IMG/VR virus record: IMGVR_UViG_3300010293_000478
Span: 1-53,894 of that record
From: a virus
Taxonomy: Duplodnaviria; Caudoviricetes
Reading direction: 5' to 3' (one strand)
Length of the DNA stretch: 53,894 nt
Shown here: positions 19,418 to 28,889 of the stretch, in pieces
Layout: the number at the start of each line of letters is the position of its first letter
Position numbering within the stretch: position 1 is the first letter of the stretch
Notes under the pieces: model-generated
Database searches by the model: none
The model's input: the letters and a program-made list of their open reading frames with translations, nothing else
Told to the model about the DNA's origin: nothing
Position numbers and translations under genes: made by a program

Positions 19418-20949
19418 TACATTACTTTTACTCGTTTCTTAGCCATCAACTTACTGAATGCTCCACCGGCACTATCAACTTGATCCTTATAAGTGGAGAA
19501 AGGGAATAATTTATGTTCATCAATAAACTCCTTATTCCATGGTGCCCGGAGCAAACTAACATTTCCATCATTGACCTGTACCGAATAAGGGTCAGCCCGG
19601 TAAACCTTATCACCAACAGGACGTTCTGCCTGCACGGTGAATCCTGCTAAATTCCGGGTAGTGGATTCTGCAGACTCTTTTCCGCCACTGCCGGGTTCCT
19701 GTTCATGCCATACCTCAACCTCACGACCATCTGCCTCAGCAGTAATACGAATTATGGACTCTCTTTCCTCTGACGACCATCTGCCGCGCTTTACATCCAT
19801 TACAATAAACCGATTGCCAGTTAATACCGCCATCTTCGTACCAACCGTGTAAGCTGGACCCCGTCCTCTGGTCTTGACTATTTCAGCAGTGCCTGCTTTA
19901 TCCCAGTACCTTACAATCCTAATGACATTAACCGGGTTAGGCATGGACTCAACTATACTAAATCGGTCAACCTTAAACATGCCTCCTGTAGGTTTGGTTG
20001 GTGATTGGCCTATTTGTCCGGCATATCCATATTGTCCTAAATCAATTTCCAATTCTTTCAGAGCAGTTAAGTTTAAACGCTCAGGGTCCAATAAACCATC
20101 CACATATTGAGCTACCAATTCCGGAGGGTTGACCCGTGATGAGTCTTCCATTATCTCACCGGGTAAACATATATGCTTAACTGCCTTACCCTTTTTCTTC
20201 AACAAATGACCGGACGGATCATCCTCGTGTAATCGTTGCATAATACCAATGGTAGGCACACTTTCCTTATCAATCTTACGAGTAGTCAGGGTTTGGTCTA
20301 ACCAACGATTAGTATTAACTAACTCTACTTCTGATACCGATTGGTGTGGGTTTAGTGGGTCATCCCACAACAATATGTGACCATGAAAACCGGTGAGAGA
20401 ACCACCCACTGATGTACTGAACCTATTGCCTCCATGCAAGACCCGGTGACGCCTTCCCGGAACTACAACTTTTTTTGTAATCCGGTAATTACTCTTAGTA
20501 TCCTTATCCTCCTTCAACTCCAACTCCGGGTAAACCATTTCAAACCTCTCACTCCTGATCAAATCCCTACTATACTCTGCTGACTCCAATGACAAGGTTG
20601 CTGAATAACTCACGGTGATAAACTTCATCCAAAACCACCGGGTCCAACACCATATCGGAAACATAACCATTACTATTGATGTTTTGGTTGTTCCGGGAGG
20701 TATATTGATTAATAGGTCGTATTCTTTGGGTAACCCTTCTGCTACTCTTTCTGCTACTTTTTGTAGTTCGTCACATAGGTATGGTATATGCCAATTTACC
20801 TTTAACTCCTCTGATGATATTTCAGGCCAAAAGAATTTGAAGAAATTAAAGAAACTTCTGTTATTTAGTGCCCGGACTATTAATAACGGGTTTTCTATTG
20901 CCTTTTGGGCAACTACCTGTTTTGCATATCTTGTCCGGGTTAATTCCAT
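19417..20949 (-). CDS. terL: Terminase large subunit
   Basis: INIPPGTTKT, LWDDP, MQRLHEDD, YWDKA and DQVDS motifs. Confidence 0.92.
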   Translation of the reverse strand: MELTRTRYAKQVVAQKAIENPLLIVRALNNRSFFNFFKFFWPEISSEELKVNWHIPYLCDELQKVAERVAEGLPKEYDLLINIPPGTTKTSIVMVMFPIWCWTRWFWMKFITVSYSATLSLESAEYSRDLIRSERFEMVYPELELKEDKDTKSNYRITKKVVVPGRRHRVLHGGNRFSTSVGGSLTGFHGHILLWDDPLNPHQSVSEVELVNTNRWLDQTLTTRKIDKESVPTIGIMQRLHEDDPSGHLLKKKGKAVKHICLPGEIMEDSSRVNPPELVAQYVDGLLDPERLNLTALKELEIDLGQYGYAGQIGQSPTKPTGGMFKVDRFSIVESMPNPVNVIRIVRYWDKAGTAEIVKTRGRGPAYTVGTKMAVLTGNRFIVMDVKRGRWSSEERESIIRITAEADGREVEVWHEQEPGSGGKESAESTTRNLAGFTVQAERPVGDKVYRADPYSVQVNDGNVSLLRAPWNKEFIDEHKLFPFSTYKDQVDSAGGAFSKLMAKKRVKVM

Positions 20950-20954
20950 TTCCT

Positions 20955-21506
20955 TTAGTTTTGGCTTACCATTTGTTCCTTTTGGGCTTTCTTTAGGCCA
21001 AGTTTTAGTAGGGCTTGTAAGTCCTCATCTGTAAACTCTTTTTCGTTGGTCAGTTGGTCGAGGTATTGAATATCAATCTGCCCCTTTATGGTATGCTCCA
21101 CCTTTGTTATGTCTGACCATAATTCCCGTTGTCGGATGTTTAGCCACTTTAATGCTGCGTAGGAGTCAGGGGGGTAATGTTTTGTGATTGGTGTTTGAAT
21201 TACCTCTGTTCTTTTTGTTTCCTGATTGTAGGCTGTGGTAATATGGGTGTCCGGGCAACTGTAGCCTACTGCTCGTTGATATAAGGCGTAAGCCACATTA
21301 GCGTCGGCCTCTGTTCTCCCTTTTTGTAATGCTTTTAGGAACTCCGGTTGGTTTTGTTTCCAGTAGTCGATTGTGGTCTGATTTACTTCAAATACTACAG
21401 TAAGCATCTTTTCCGTGACGCCCAGTAAACTCAGTTTATAGGCTTTTTCTGCAAACTCCGGTCTGTATTTACCGGTCTTTGTTTTGAAACCTTTTTTCGT
21501 GTACAT
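20955..21506 (-). CDS. terS: Terminase small subunit
   Basis: N-terminal HTH, ALYQRAVG, KHYPPD...WL; directly upstream of TerL. Confidence 0.8.
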   Translation of the reverse strand: MYTKKGFKTKTGKYRPEFAEKAYKLSLLGVTEKMLTVVFEVNQTTIDYWKQNQPEFLKALQKGRTEADANVAYALYQRAVGYSCPDTHITTAYNQETKRTEVIQTPITKHYPPDSYAALKWLNIRQRELWSDITKVEHTIKGQIDIQYLDQLTNEKEFTDEDLQALLKLGLKKAQKEQMVSQN

Positions 21507-21599
21507 AGGGGTTTTGTATTAATTTTACTGCTTTAGAGACGGTAAAATTAATATAAACCTTTCAGAGGTTCCAAATGAGGAAAGCAAATATATTTTTAA

Positions 21600-21911
21600 C
21601 TACTTAGGAATGACAAGGTTATTTTTCAACTCAGGGATTTTGCTGAGTATTTTCCAAATCTTTTTAGCAGCATTCTGTTTGTTTAATGCCGACACGTAAA
21701 ATGTGTCCTTTTTTTGATAGGCTTTCTGCACCTTTATGGTCTTGCCCTTTGTATTGGTCATTATGTTCCGGGAAACCAATTGATAATACAACTGGCGGAG
21801 GGTTAAGGTGTAACCATCCGCCATGTACTCCTCTAATATGGAGTTAACCAACTCCAGTTGTTTCTCGTTAGCACGGCTCATGCCTAATTTTGAGGTGTAT
21901 TCTATTCTCAT
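21600..21911 (-). CDS. Hypothetical protein with LTLRQLYYQLV winged-helix-like N-terminus
   Basis: ORF track plus upstream TGTATAATA motif. Confidence 0.5.
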   Translation of the reverse strand: MRIEYTSKLGMSRANEKQLELVNSILEEYMADGYTLTLRQLYYQLVSRNIMTNTKGKTIKVQKAYQKKDTFYVSALNKQNAAKKIWKILSKIPELKNNLVIPK

Positions 21912-21966
21912 GTCTTTGAATTTGTCATATTATACAAACACTAAAACACTTCCCACAAAATAAGTA

Positions 21967-22179
21967 CTAATTTTCTGCCCAAACCTCCACTACTTTGTCC
22001 TTAACTTTGTCAAAGATATGAGCCCTGAGCACTGAATCATCAATCATTTCCCGGTAACTCCGAGCCTCTTTTAAAGTCTTGACCCCTTCCATCAGAGCTG
22101 TGGTCCGGGTGTAGTCATTTAATGGGCGTGGTTGTTGTCGGAAAGCTATATACACTATGTAGCGATATTGTTTGCTCAT
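21967..22179 (-). CDS. Hypothetical protein
   Basis: ATGA overlap with the upstream gene. Confidence 0.5.
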   Translation of the reverse strand: MSKQYRYIVYIAFRQQPRPLNDYTRTTALMEGVKTLKEARSYREMIDDSVLRAHIFDKVKDKVVEVWAEN

Positions 22180-22664
22180 TTTATATGGAGTAAATCAATT
22201 AACCGGTGTATGATAGTTTGCAGGTCTTTGTAATCCTTTTGGCGGTTCATCTGACCTTTTGCTTTTATTACCCACTCAACTGTGGTGTAGTGGAATTTCT
22301 CAAACTCGTACACTACCAAACCGGGGTAGTCAGGGTTGGTGTGGGCGCAATAATCAACCGGTCCCAAATTACCAGCAGGATACTTTACCCAAACATCCAC
22401 GGAAACGCCCCTGAACTCAAATGTAAACGGCACTTCTCCGGGAGGTATGTATTTATATTCCTTCTTATTTGCCTCAGCTAAACCGCGTAGTATTGCCAGT
22501 AAACAATCATCAGGGTTTAATAATATGAGGTCAATGTCCTTTATAGTGGATTCATCCACCAGTCCCTGCACAGCCAGTGCCAAAGACCCGGTAACTATAA
22601 AACCGGAATGACGACCATTGAACAATTTCTTTAATTCCTGTAATTCGTGTTTAAACTTTGTCAT
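22176..22664 (-). CDS. Pol-beta superfamily nucleotidyltransferase-like protein
   Basis: TGSLAL...KDIDL...VDVW and C-terminal RQKDYKD motifs. Confidence 0.7.
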   Translation of the reverse strand: MTKFKHELQELKKLFNGRHSGFIVTGSLALAVQGLVDESTIKDIDLILLNPDDCLLAILRGLAEANKKEYKYIPPGEVPFTFEFRGVSVDVWVKYPAGNLGPVDYCAHTNPDYPGLVVYEFEKFHYTTVEWVIKAKGQMNRQKDYKDLQTIIHRLIDLLHIK

Positions 22665-22688
22665 TTGATTAATGATTTAATAAGTGTG

Positions 22689-22761
22689 TAGCGGGAGTGG
22701 GATTCGAACCCACGGCCTCCAGATTATGAATCTGGTGATCTGACCACTGATCTATCCCGCA
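22689..22761 (-). tRNA. tRNA with CAU anticodon (Met or Ile2)
   Basis: Cloverleaf: GCGGGA/TCCCGC acceptor, GATC/GATC D-stem, CCAGA-TTCATAA-TCTGG, GTGGG-TTCGAAT-CCCAC; no encoded CCA. Confidence 0.9.
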
Positions 22762-22766
22762 ATTTA

Positions 22767-22839
22767 ACGGAGGCGGAAGGAATCGAACCTTCATCCCAAT
22801 CACTTAGTGACGATTTTGGCCTACTAAACTACATCTCCG
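22767..22839 (-). tRNA. tRNA-like gene / pseudo-tRNA with aberrant anticodon arm
   Basis: CGGAG/CTCCG acceptor, TAG...AGTAGG D-region, GAAGG-TTCGATT-CCTTC T-arm; anticodon region is TCAC-TAA-GTGA. Confidence 0.55.
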
Positions 22840-22877
22840 AAACAACCCTACATTTTTAGTTCAAGTTGTTAGCGCTG

Positions 22878-22966
22878 TGACCGGTACAGGACTCGAACCT
22901 GTGGGGTGTCTCTAATCCGTTGACCCTACCCAATTGAAGGGGTAGTTATCGAATCAAACTCCGGTC
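22878..22966 (-). tRNA. Non-canonical long tRNA-like RNA with UCA in the anticodon loop
   Basis: GACCGG/CCGGTC acceptor, CTACCC-CTTCAATT-GGGTAG arm, long variable region, ACAGG-TTCGAGT-CCTGT T-arm. Confidence 0.55.
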
Positions 22967-23060
22967 GTAAAATAGGGAGGGAAGACTGGGGGTCTTTTTA
23001 AGTGGGAAAATTGAAATTGAAACGGAACAGAGCTACAGGTAAAACCCTCCCTAAAATCTT

Positions 23061-23101
23061 AAAAACAGGGGGCTGTGTGTTATCAAAACTTTAACCCCCT
23101 G
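23061..23101 (-). terminator. Terminator/attenuator-like hairpin upstream of the tRNA cluster
   Basis: CAGGGGG...CCCCCTG followed by TTTTT on the minus strand. Confidence 0.5.
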
Positions 23102-23177
23102 CTCAACATGGACTCACTCATAGAAAGAACGCCTTTTGCTACAATGCCCCTTATTATACAGGCCGTGACTTATTTGC

Positions 23178-23384
23178 TCAAAATTCAACAACTCTATTTA
23201 TCCAACCAATTTTTATTCGGTGACGAATCCATCCACGATTCCCCTGCAATTCCCGCCAACTAATACGACCAGCCAGATAAGTAGCATACACCTCCCACTT
23301 ATCAACGGAATTACCACTTTTATAAAGGTAAAACTCATTGCCTAAAAAAGAACGATGAAACTCGATGTATGGTATTTCACCCAT
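23178..23384 (-). CDS. Hypothetical protein
   Basis: Overlaps the upstream stop; on the coding strand. Confidence 0.45.
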   Translation of the reverse strand: MGEIPYIEFHRSFLGNEFYLYKSGNSVDKWEVYATYLAGRISWRELQGNRGWIRHRIKIGWINRVVEF

Positions 23385-23859
23385 TTTTATTGCGTTTTTG
23401 TATGGTTATTTCTTTAAGCATGCAGCTATAGTAACGTAGAGCCTTAGCAGGGTTAAGACCTAATTCCCGACATAAGGCACTGAAAGATATATCATTCAAC
23501 CTATTCCTTTGAAAAATAGCTTCATGGAGTTTGTCAAAACTTTGCCGGTCAGCTTCCGTTTGGATATTACTCCTACTGACCAAACCCCTCTTAGCAAAGA
23601 AATGATCATAATAACCTACCGGGGCTTGACTATCATTAGGTTTAAAATCAACAGACTCCTGCTTAATTGGAATTGGTTTTACCTCCCTAAACTCCTCATA
23701 CACCATACTAATCGTTGTGTTATGTAATTGCTCTAATCGGGCACGTTCCATAGCTATTTCCAATAAATTTGCCACCACTTTAGAATGATCCATGAATTTA
23801 GATTGACCATCCACCACCAAGGTGTACCCCAATATCTTTAGTTTCTTCTCATTTAACAT
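23377..23859 (-). CDS. Hypothetical protein, possible C-terminal HTH
   Basis: SFSALCRELGLNPAKALRYY resembles an HTH. Confidence 0.5.
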   Translation of the reverse strand: MLNEKKLKILGYTLVVDGQSKFMDHSKVVANLLEIAMERARLEQLHNTTISMVYEEFREVKPIPIKQESVDFKPNDSQAPVGYYDHFFAKRGLVSRSNIQTEADRQSFDKLHEAIFQRNRLNDISFSALCRELGLNPAKALRYYSCMLKEITIQKRNKNG

Positions 23860-24460
23860 AACTCACCCCTTTACGAATGCCAATAGTGAAAGTTTTATCA
23901 GCATACATAGCAAGGTCCGGTTCATGCGTGATTATCAGGAACTGTAACCCTAATTTCTGACTCAATTCCTTGATCATCTTACTGGCCTGCTCCTGATAAT
24001 TAACTGACAAAAAGCGCAAAGGTTCATCAAGTATAATTACCGCCCGGGTTTTTGGTACTTTCATTGACCAACTTGCCACCCTCAATGCAAAGGATGCTAC
24101 ATCCACAGCCCCATAGCCGGTAGAATCCAACGGGTCCAACAACTCCCCGTTCCTTTCAAAAAATAAATCACACTCAGTCTTATTACGCCTCTCAACGAAG
24201 TCAGCCACCAACCGGTAAGCATTATCTCCAAAAACCGCTTCCAACGCAAGACTGGTCACATCGCTTATATGAAACTGTAATTGTTGTTGAGTTCGTAGAC
24301 CAACTTCCCTGACGATTTCCCGGGCTTGTTCATGACGACGTAATGACTTCTTCAACTCGATTTCCCGGGTAGTTGCTAATGCTTTACGGGACCTTATGTA
24401 CTCTAATTTACCCTTGTCTTTGTTAAGACATTCCCGCAGGGCTAATACCACATCATCCAT
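23849..24460 (-). CDS. SbcC/Rad50-like ATPase, C-terminal half
   Basis: Signature variant STGYG, Walker B ILDEP, and IITH. Confidence 0.85.
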   Translation of the reverse strand: MDDVVLALRECLNKDKGKLEYIRSRKALATTREIELKKSLRRHEQAREIVREVGLRTQQQLQFHISDVTSLALEAVFGDNAYRLVADFVERRNKTECDLFFERNGELLDPLDSTGYGAVDVASFALRVASWSMKVPKTRAVIILDEPLRFLSVNYQEQASKMIKELSQKLGLQFLIITHEPDLAMYADKTFTIGIRKGVSYVK

Positions 24461-24710
24461 CTAACTGCTCATTTAAGTCAGTATAAGACTCTCGTAAATT
24501 CTGACCTAACTCTTTTATTTTCTTGTTAGCATCATCCAAGTCATTTTTGTATAATTCCAACAGGCTTTCAGCAGCTTTACGTGACGAACAATTGAAATCA
24601 TTTTTTAATTGAACCATCAATTGCTCTTGTTTACCGGTAGCACTTGCCAATGCTTTTTGTAAACGTTGCATGGCTTCTTTGATTGTGAATAATTCCTTAG
24701 CTTCCATCAT
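24453..24710 (-). CDS. Small coiled-coil protein; likely start MMEAKE
   Basis: Heptad-rich; lies between SbcD and the SbcC C-terminal half. Confidence 0.55.
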   Translation of the reverse strand: MMEAKELFTIKEAMQRLQKALASATGKQEQLMVQLKNDFNCSSRKAAESLLELYKNDLDDANKKIKELGQNLRESYTDLNEQLDG

Positions 24711-24853
24711 CCAATATAAATTAATGTTAATATGAGTGCTATCAGTATAGCAATAGCAATAGTTCCCACCAAGAAACATATACCATAGCCGACTTGCTGC
24801 TCCTGCAGAAAATCGCGCAATAAAGGGTCTGACTGTTTATTTTCTTTTTTCAT
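24707..24853 (-). CDS. 48-aa single-pass membrane peptide (below ORF-track cutoff)
   Basis: Manual translation MKKENKQSD...GICFLVGTIAIAILIALILTLIYIG*, with ATGA overlaps at both ends. Confidence 0.55.
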   Translation of the reverse strand: MKKENKQSDPLLRDFLQEQQVGYGICFLVGTIAIAILIALILTLIYIG

Positions 24854-25743
24854 GATTCCAATGCTTTATATATGATTGACTTAACTTCCGGTCTGACTAC
24901 ATTGACCTCCAAAAACCTTCTTAGATTCTCCTCAAAACTCAATACTGATTCCCAATCATCGTTCAACTTAGATATGAATGCTTGTATACGGGAATCCCTT
25001 TCCTCTTTGTCAGTTATATGTTCCCTACTAACCACACCCTGCTCAATTGGTATGTAATGAGGAACCGCCGTATTAGCCTGAGCATCATACAACCAAACTG
25101 CCGGCTTATAGTCCTGCTGATCCGCTGACTGTCTCATCAAACTTCCCGGGTTTACCAGTAAACGCCCATCCAATCGCGTGACAAAAGGTTGGTGATTATC
25201 TCCGGTAAGTATAAGATCAAATTCTTTGTTACGCATTAACAATTTAAGGGCATCCGGGGTGGTCACTCCGGGAAAAGGTGAAGAAACCGACCATGTAAAA
25301 ACATGCCAAACTAATATTTCCCGGTCAGACATACCCGGCCTAATTATTTTGTAATTTGATTTTGGTTTCTCATCTCCCCAATGACCCGAACGGAGCACAT
25401 GTAAAACCCTTGCTGCCTCCAAAACAGCAATACCACTCTTACTGGACAATTCCATATTATGCTGAGGCAGGTCATGGTTGCCATAAACCGTGTAAAAATG
25501 ATCTGGTAAACATTGTATTGTTTTAGTCAGTAGAAAGGGGCTTGGTTTCCAATGATGAAATAAATCTCCGGCATGCAAAACCGGGCAATTATACGTTTGT
25601 TGAAGTCTGCTGACATACTTAACTTTCTCAAACTGTGTGTTCAAAAAATCATCAGTCCTACAAACCGGCTGATCATCTCTTAAATGCCAGTCAGCCGTTA
25701 ATATAGCATCAACTCTATTTATTTTATTGATTGTTCTTTTCAT
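24850..25743 (-). CDS. SbcD/Mre11-like metallophosphoesterase nuclease
   Basis: ADWH, AGDLF, GNHD, GDNH and NPGS motifs. Confidence 0.9.
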   Translation of the reverse strand: MKRTINKINRVDAILTADWHLRDDQPVCRTDDFLNTQFEKVKYVSRLQQTYNCPVLHAGDLFHHWKPSPFLLTKTIQCLPDHFYTVYGNHDLPQHNMELSSKSGIAVLEAARVLHVLRSGHWGDEKPKSNYKIIRPGMSDREILVWHVFTWSVSSPFPGVTTPDALKLLMRNKEFDLILTGDNHQPFVTRLDGRLLVNPGSLMRQSADQQDYKPAVWLYDAQANTAVPHYIPIEQGVVSREHITDKEERDSRIQAFISKLNDDWESVLSFEENLRRFLEVNVVRPEVKSIIYKALES

Positions 25744-26029
25744 CTGTCCAATTATGTTGTGGAAATTCTATGTCGTTTTTACCAAACCAATTTTGTAATA
25801 AGTAGCGAGCATGCCAGTACGCCCCCCGTAGAGGCACATCCTTAACCCTGCTATCGGGCAAATTATTAATAAATAGTTTTGGTCGGAAATCAACAAAATT
25901 AAACAAAATAGGACCCTCAGTTTCCTGTAGTGTCAGAAAACGTCGTTTATTCCTGTTCAGACCATGACTCAGGACATAACGACCACACCTACTACGAACC
26001 TCAACCATACTCATAGTTGAACCTCCCAA
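25724..26029 (-). CDS. Hypothetical protein
   Basis: ORF on the coding strand; true start probably near 26014. Confidence 0.4.
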   Translation of the reverse strand: MGGSTMSMVEVRSRCGRYVLSHGLNRNKRRFLTLQETEGPILFNFVDFRPKLFINNLPDSRVKDVPLRGAYWHARYLLQNWFGKNDIEFPQHNWTDEKNNQ

Positions 26030-26189
26030 TACTTGTAAAACAATTCAAAATAAATCCTTTTTTGGATTATGGAGAAACCGAAACCTAATAGAGAGCAATC
26101 CCAGTGACCCCGGTCGATCATACCCACAGAAAAACCAATTACATTCTTTGAGAAGAAAAGATTTAGGAACCCAAACATATGTTTAATTT

Positions 26190-27239
26190 TTAATGATTAC
26201 ATAGTGGACATTGTTCCGGGAAATTATCGTGATAAATTTTTTCAAATCTTGCCAACTCCCGCTCATCTCTCACCTGATCTCGTAATACATCATCCATACG
26301 GGTCAATATAGCTGACAAATTAGAAAAGTCTTTTTGTAAAGAATCCCGGGTTTGTGCAAAAAGAACATAGGTCTCATAATCAACCATCAATTTATCCAAT
26401 TTTGACTGACTTGCTAAAATCAAATCCAATTCTACAAGACCATCCATCACAACCGTAAGTTTGTCAATATCCTGTTGAATTTGCCGCCTCTTATTATACC
26501 AATCCTCAATACTTTCAATTAAATTAATAATGGATTGTATTTGATCCCTATTGACAAGCTCCTTATCCAACTCAGTCAATTGATTTAAGATTGAAACTAA
26601 TTTAGAATTGGTCTTGCCTAATCTTTTAAAATCACCAACCATCATTTCCAATACTTCTAACTCAGCCTCAAACTTAGGTAAATGATCATAGGCGTTCATT
26701 GATTCACCTAACTGCTCAATTTCCCGGGTGGTATTCTCCAATTCCCGACCAACCGATAGTATACGACTATTCAAATTAGACAATGCGGCGTTAATTTGAC
26801 CAATATTAGCGATAGCGTTAAAATGGTTTGCCACTTCACCGGGGCTGTTTGATAATAAAAAACTCTGATCCCCCTGAAATTGATAATTGACCGGACTCAT
26901 ATTCAAAGCCCTGACCACCTCCTCGGGAACCTCAGTTTTGAATGCCGTAAAATCAACAACCTCCTCCTCTGACGCCTCCCGGAGAACATAAGAATTAACA
27001 TCACCCTTATTACGACTAATATGATAATCATCAAACTCAACCCCTACATGAGTGTTACCACCCCAGTGACTGCGAAATGCCTCACCACCAGGCCTGTTTA
27101 ATACCAACCACTTCAATGCCCTAATGATTGCCGACTTACCGGAATCAGAATTGCCAACAATAATATTAACGCCGGGGTGCAACTCCAACTCTGTGGATTT
27201 ATGACTTTGAAAATTTTTTATTGAAATGAACCTTATCAT
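26190..27239 (-). CDS. SbcC/Rad50-like ATPase, N-terminal half ending in the zinc hook
   Basis: KNFQSH, Walker A GNSDSGKS, coiled coil, C-terminal CPLC. Confidence 0.88.
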   Translation of the reverse strand: MIRFISIKNFQSHKSTELELHPGVNIIVGNSDSGKSAIIRALKWLVLNRPGGEAFRSHWGGNTHVGVEFDDYHISRNKGDVNSYVLREASEEEVVDFTAFKTEVPEEVVRALNMSPVNYQFQGDQSFLLSNSPGEVANHFNAIANIGQINAALSNLNSRILSVGRELENTTREIEQLGESMNAYDHLPKFEAELEVLEMMVGDFKRLGKTNSKLVSILNQLTELDKELVNRDQIQSIINLIESIEDWYNKRRQIQQDIDKLTVVMDGLVELDLILASQSKLDKLMVDYETYVLFAQTRDSLQKDFSNLSAILTRMDDVLRDQVRDERELARFEKIYHDNFPEQCPLCNH

Positions 27240-27315
27240 TTTTTCGCGTTTTAAAGACTTGTAAGAGCTTTTAATAAAAAACCATATATGGATACCATTT
27301 TAAAAAGAAATGCCA

Positions 27316-27852
27316 TTACAACTGAGCTTTTCGCTGAATTTTATAATATTTGAGGGTTTGAGACTGCTCCATTGCCACCAAGTAAATTGCTAACGCATCA
27401 GCAACCGCCTCGTCCCGGAACTTAACCCCAGTCCATGGTACTTTTAATTTCCTACCAACCGCCTCAATCATCTCTGCCTTAGTACATGACCGGGTTCCTA
27501 CTACAATTTTTTTGGAGTCATCCTCTGAATACATTTCCACCGGTAATTGAAGACATTGAGTCATGGTCACGACTATTCCCATCACAATACCAATCATCAC
27601 AGCTGCTTGAGCGTTTTGGCTACCGTGGGGTATTTCGCTAACCACGTAATCCACATCATACTGCTTAATTATGCCCAACAACTCCCTGACAATATCGGCG
27701 GTTCTCTCTGCCCGGTCATCTGACTTGCGTATTCTTTTCTTCTTTGCTGAGGGTTTAGTAACAATTACCCCAGTGGCGTATACTCGACCACTGACAGCCA
27801 CCACAGCCCATCCCCATGCAGTAAAACTGGGGTCATTAGTTAGTACCCTCAT
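27316..27852 (-). CDS. ruvC: RuvC-like Holliday junction resolvase
   Basis: NDPSFTAWGWA, VSE, and EAVADALAI motifs. Confidence 0.8.
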   Translation of the reverse strand: MRVLTNDPSFTAWGWAVVAVSGRVYATGVIVTKPSAKKKRIRKSDDRAERTADIVRELLGIIKQYDVDYVVSEIPHGSQNAQAAVMIGIVMGIVVTMTQCLQLPVEMYSEDDSKKIVVGTRSCTKAEMIEAVGRKLKVPWTGVKFRDEAVADALAIYLVAMEQSQTLKYYKIQRKAQL

Positions 27853-28889
27853 CTCAGCTTGTTTTTACGGGAATCCTTTTGAAATTTTGACTCAATTTCC
27901 TCCCATAGATCAATCACCTCATCCTTCAACTGACGCTCGTAACCATCCTCCTCAATCATTGCTATTGAATCCTCCATTGATACTGCCAGTTTCTGACCAC
28001 CTAAACTATAAGTAGTGTTTTTGGTGAAATCCTTAATAAATTGAAGGTTCTGCCGAATGTCGTCAATACCATAGTCAAATAATATGGTCAACGGTGCTGT
28101 ACGATAGGGTTTCCAAACACTTGACTTAAATACCTCAACCTGAGTCTCAACTCCAATAACACGCGTGACTTCTTTCCCTGCTACGGAGGCCTTTGTTTTT
28201 ATCTTTTGAGGACTTGAGGTTCTCAGTCGCAAACTGGCATAAAACCCAATTGACTCACCACCCGGACTTCTCCACCTCTGACCATAAGGACCAGCATCAA
28301 TGTTTTCCCGGACCTGATTGGATGCTACCATCAAATAGTTTTTTGCCGTAAGAACCCTGCAAGTCCTGCGCAATTCTTCACTAAACTCTTTCGCCCGACG
28401 CATTCCCATTTTATCGCCTTTATCACTTTCCATCTCCATGTCAGTGGATAATGCTGCAAGGCTGTCAGCAAACACACCATGTATCTTTTTAGAACTTGTC
28501 GGTTTCCAATCTCTGACCATTTGAAACACCTCCGGCACCGTGTCAGGGGTCCCGTAAGCAATATCATCAGTATCCAAATCAAACATACGGGCAAACTGCC
28601 TGTTCAAACGAGCCTCCGGGTCATGAAACTGAATTTCACCACCTTGTCGTTGAACCGCTCCTGCTATTTCACACAAAAGCACTGTTTTACCGGAACTGCT
28701 CGGTCCGAAAACCTCAACTAAAATACCACCGGGAATACCTCCACCCCTTTTACGACCTCCACTTATAGCAAGGTCAAGTAAGGTGCTGCCTGTGGAAATC
28801 ATTATTTCAGAATTTCCGTCGTATGGTTTCTTTTTTTCCGCTACCCGGCGTTTTATCTCCAATTTTGGAGTCTTAGTCCTTTGCATCAT
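27849..28889 (-). CDS. recA: RecA/UvsX-family recombinase
   Basis: STGSTLLD, GPSSSGKT, DPE, DSLAAL, NQVR, SPGG...FYAS motifs. Confidence 0.92.
   Translation of the reverse strand: MMQRTKTPKLEIKRRVAEKKKPYDGNSEIMISTGSTLLDLAISGGRKRGGGIPGGILVEVFGPSSSGKTVLLCEIAGAVQRQGGEIQFHDPEARLNRQFARMFDLDTDDIAYGTPDTVPEVFQMVRDWKPTSSKKIHGVFADSLAALSTDMEMESDKGDKMGMRRAKEFSEELRRTCRVLTAKNYLMVASNQVRENIDAGPYGQRWRSPGGESIGFYASLRLRTSSPQKIKTKASVAGKEVTRVIGVETQVEVFKSSVWKPYRTAPLTILFDYGIDDIRQNLQFIKDFTKNTTYSLGGQKLAVSMEDSIAMIEEDGYERQLKDEVIDLWEEIESKFQKDSRKNKLR

Noticed and set aside
27282-27291. CCATATATGG palindrome resembling the origin iterons
   Set aside because: Single copy with different spacing; could easily be chance.
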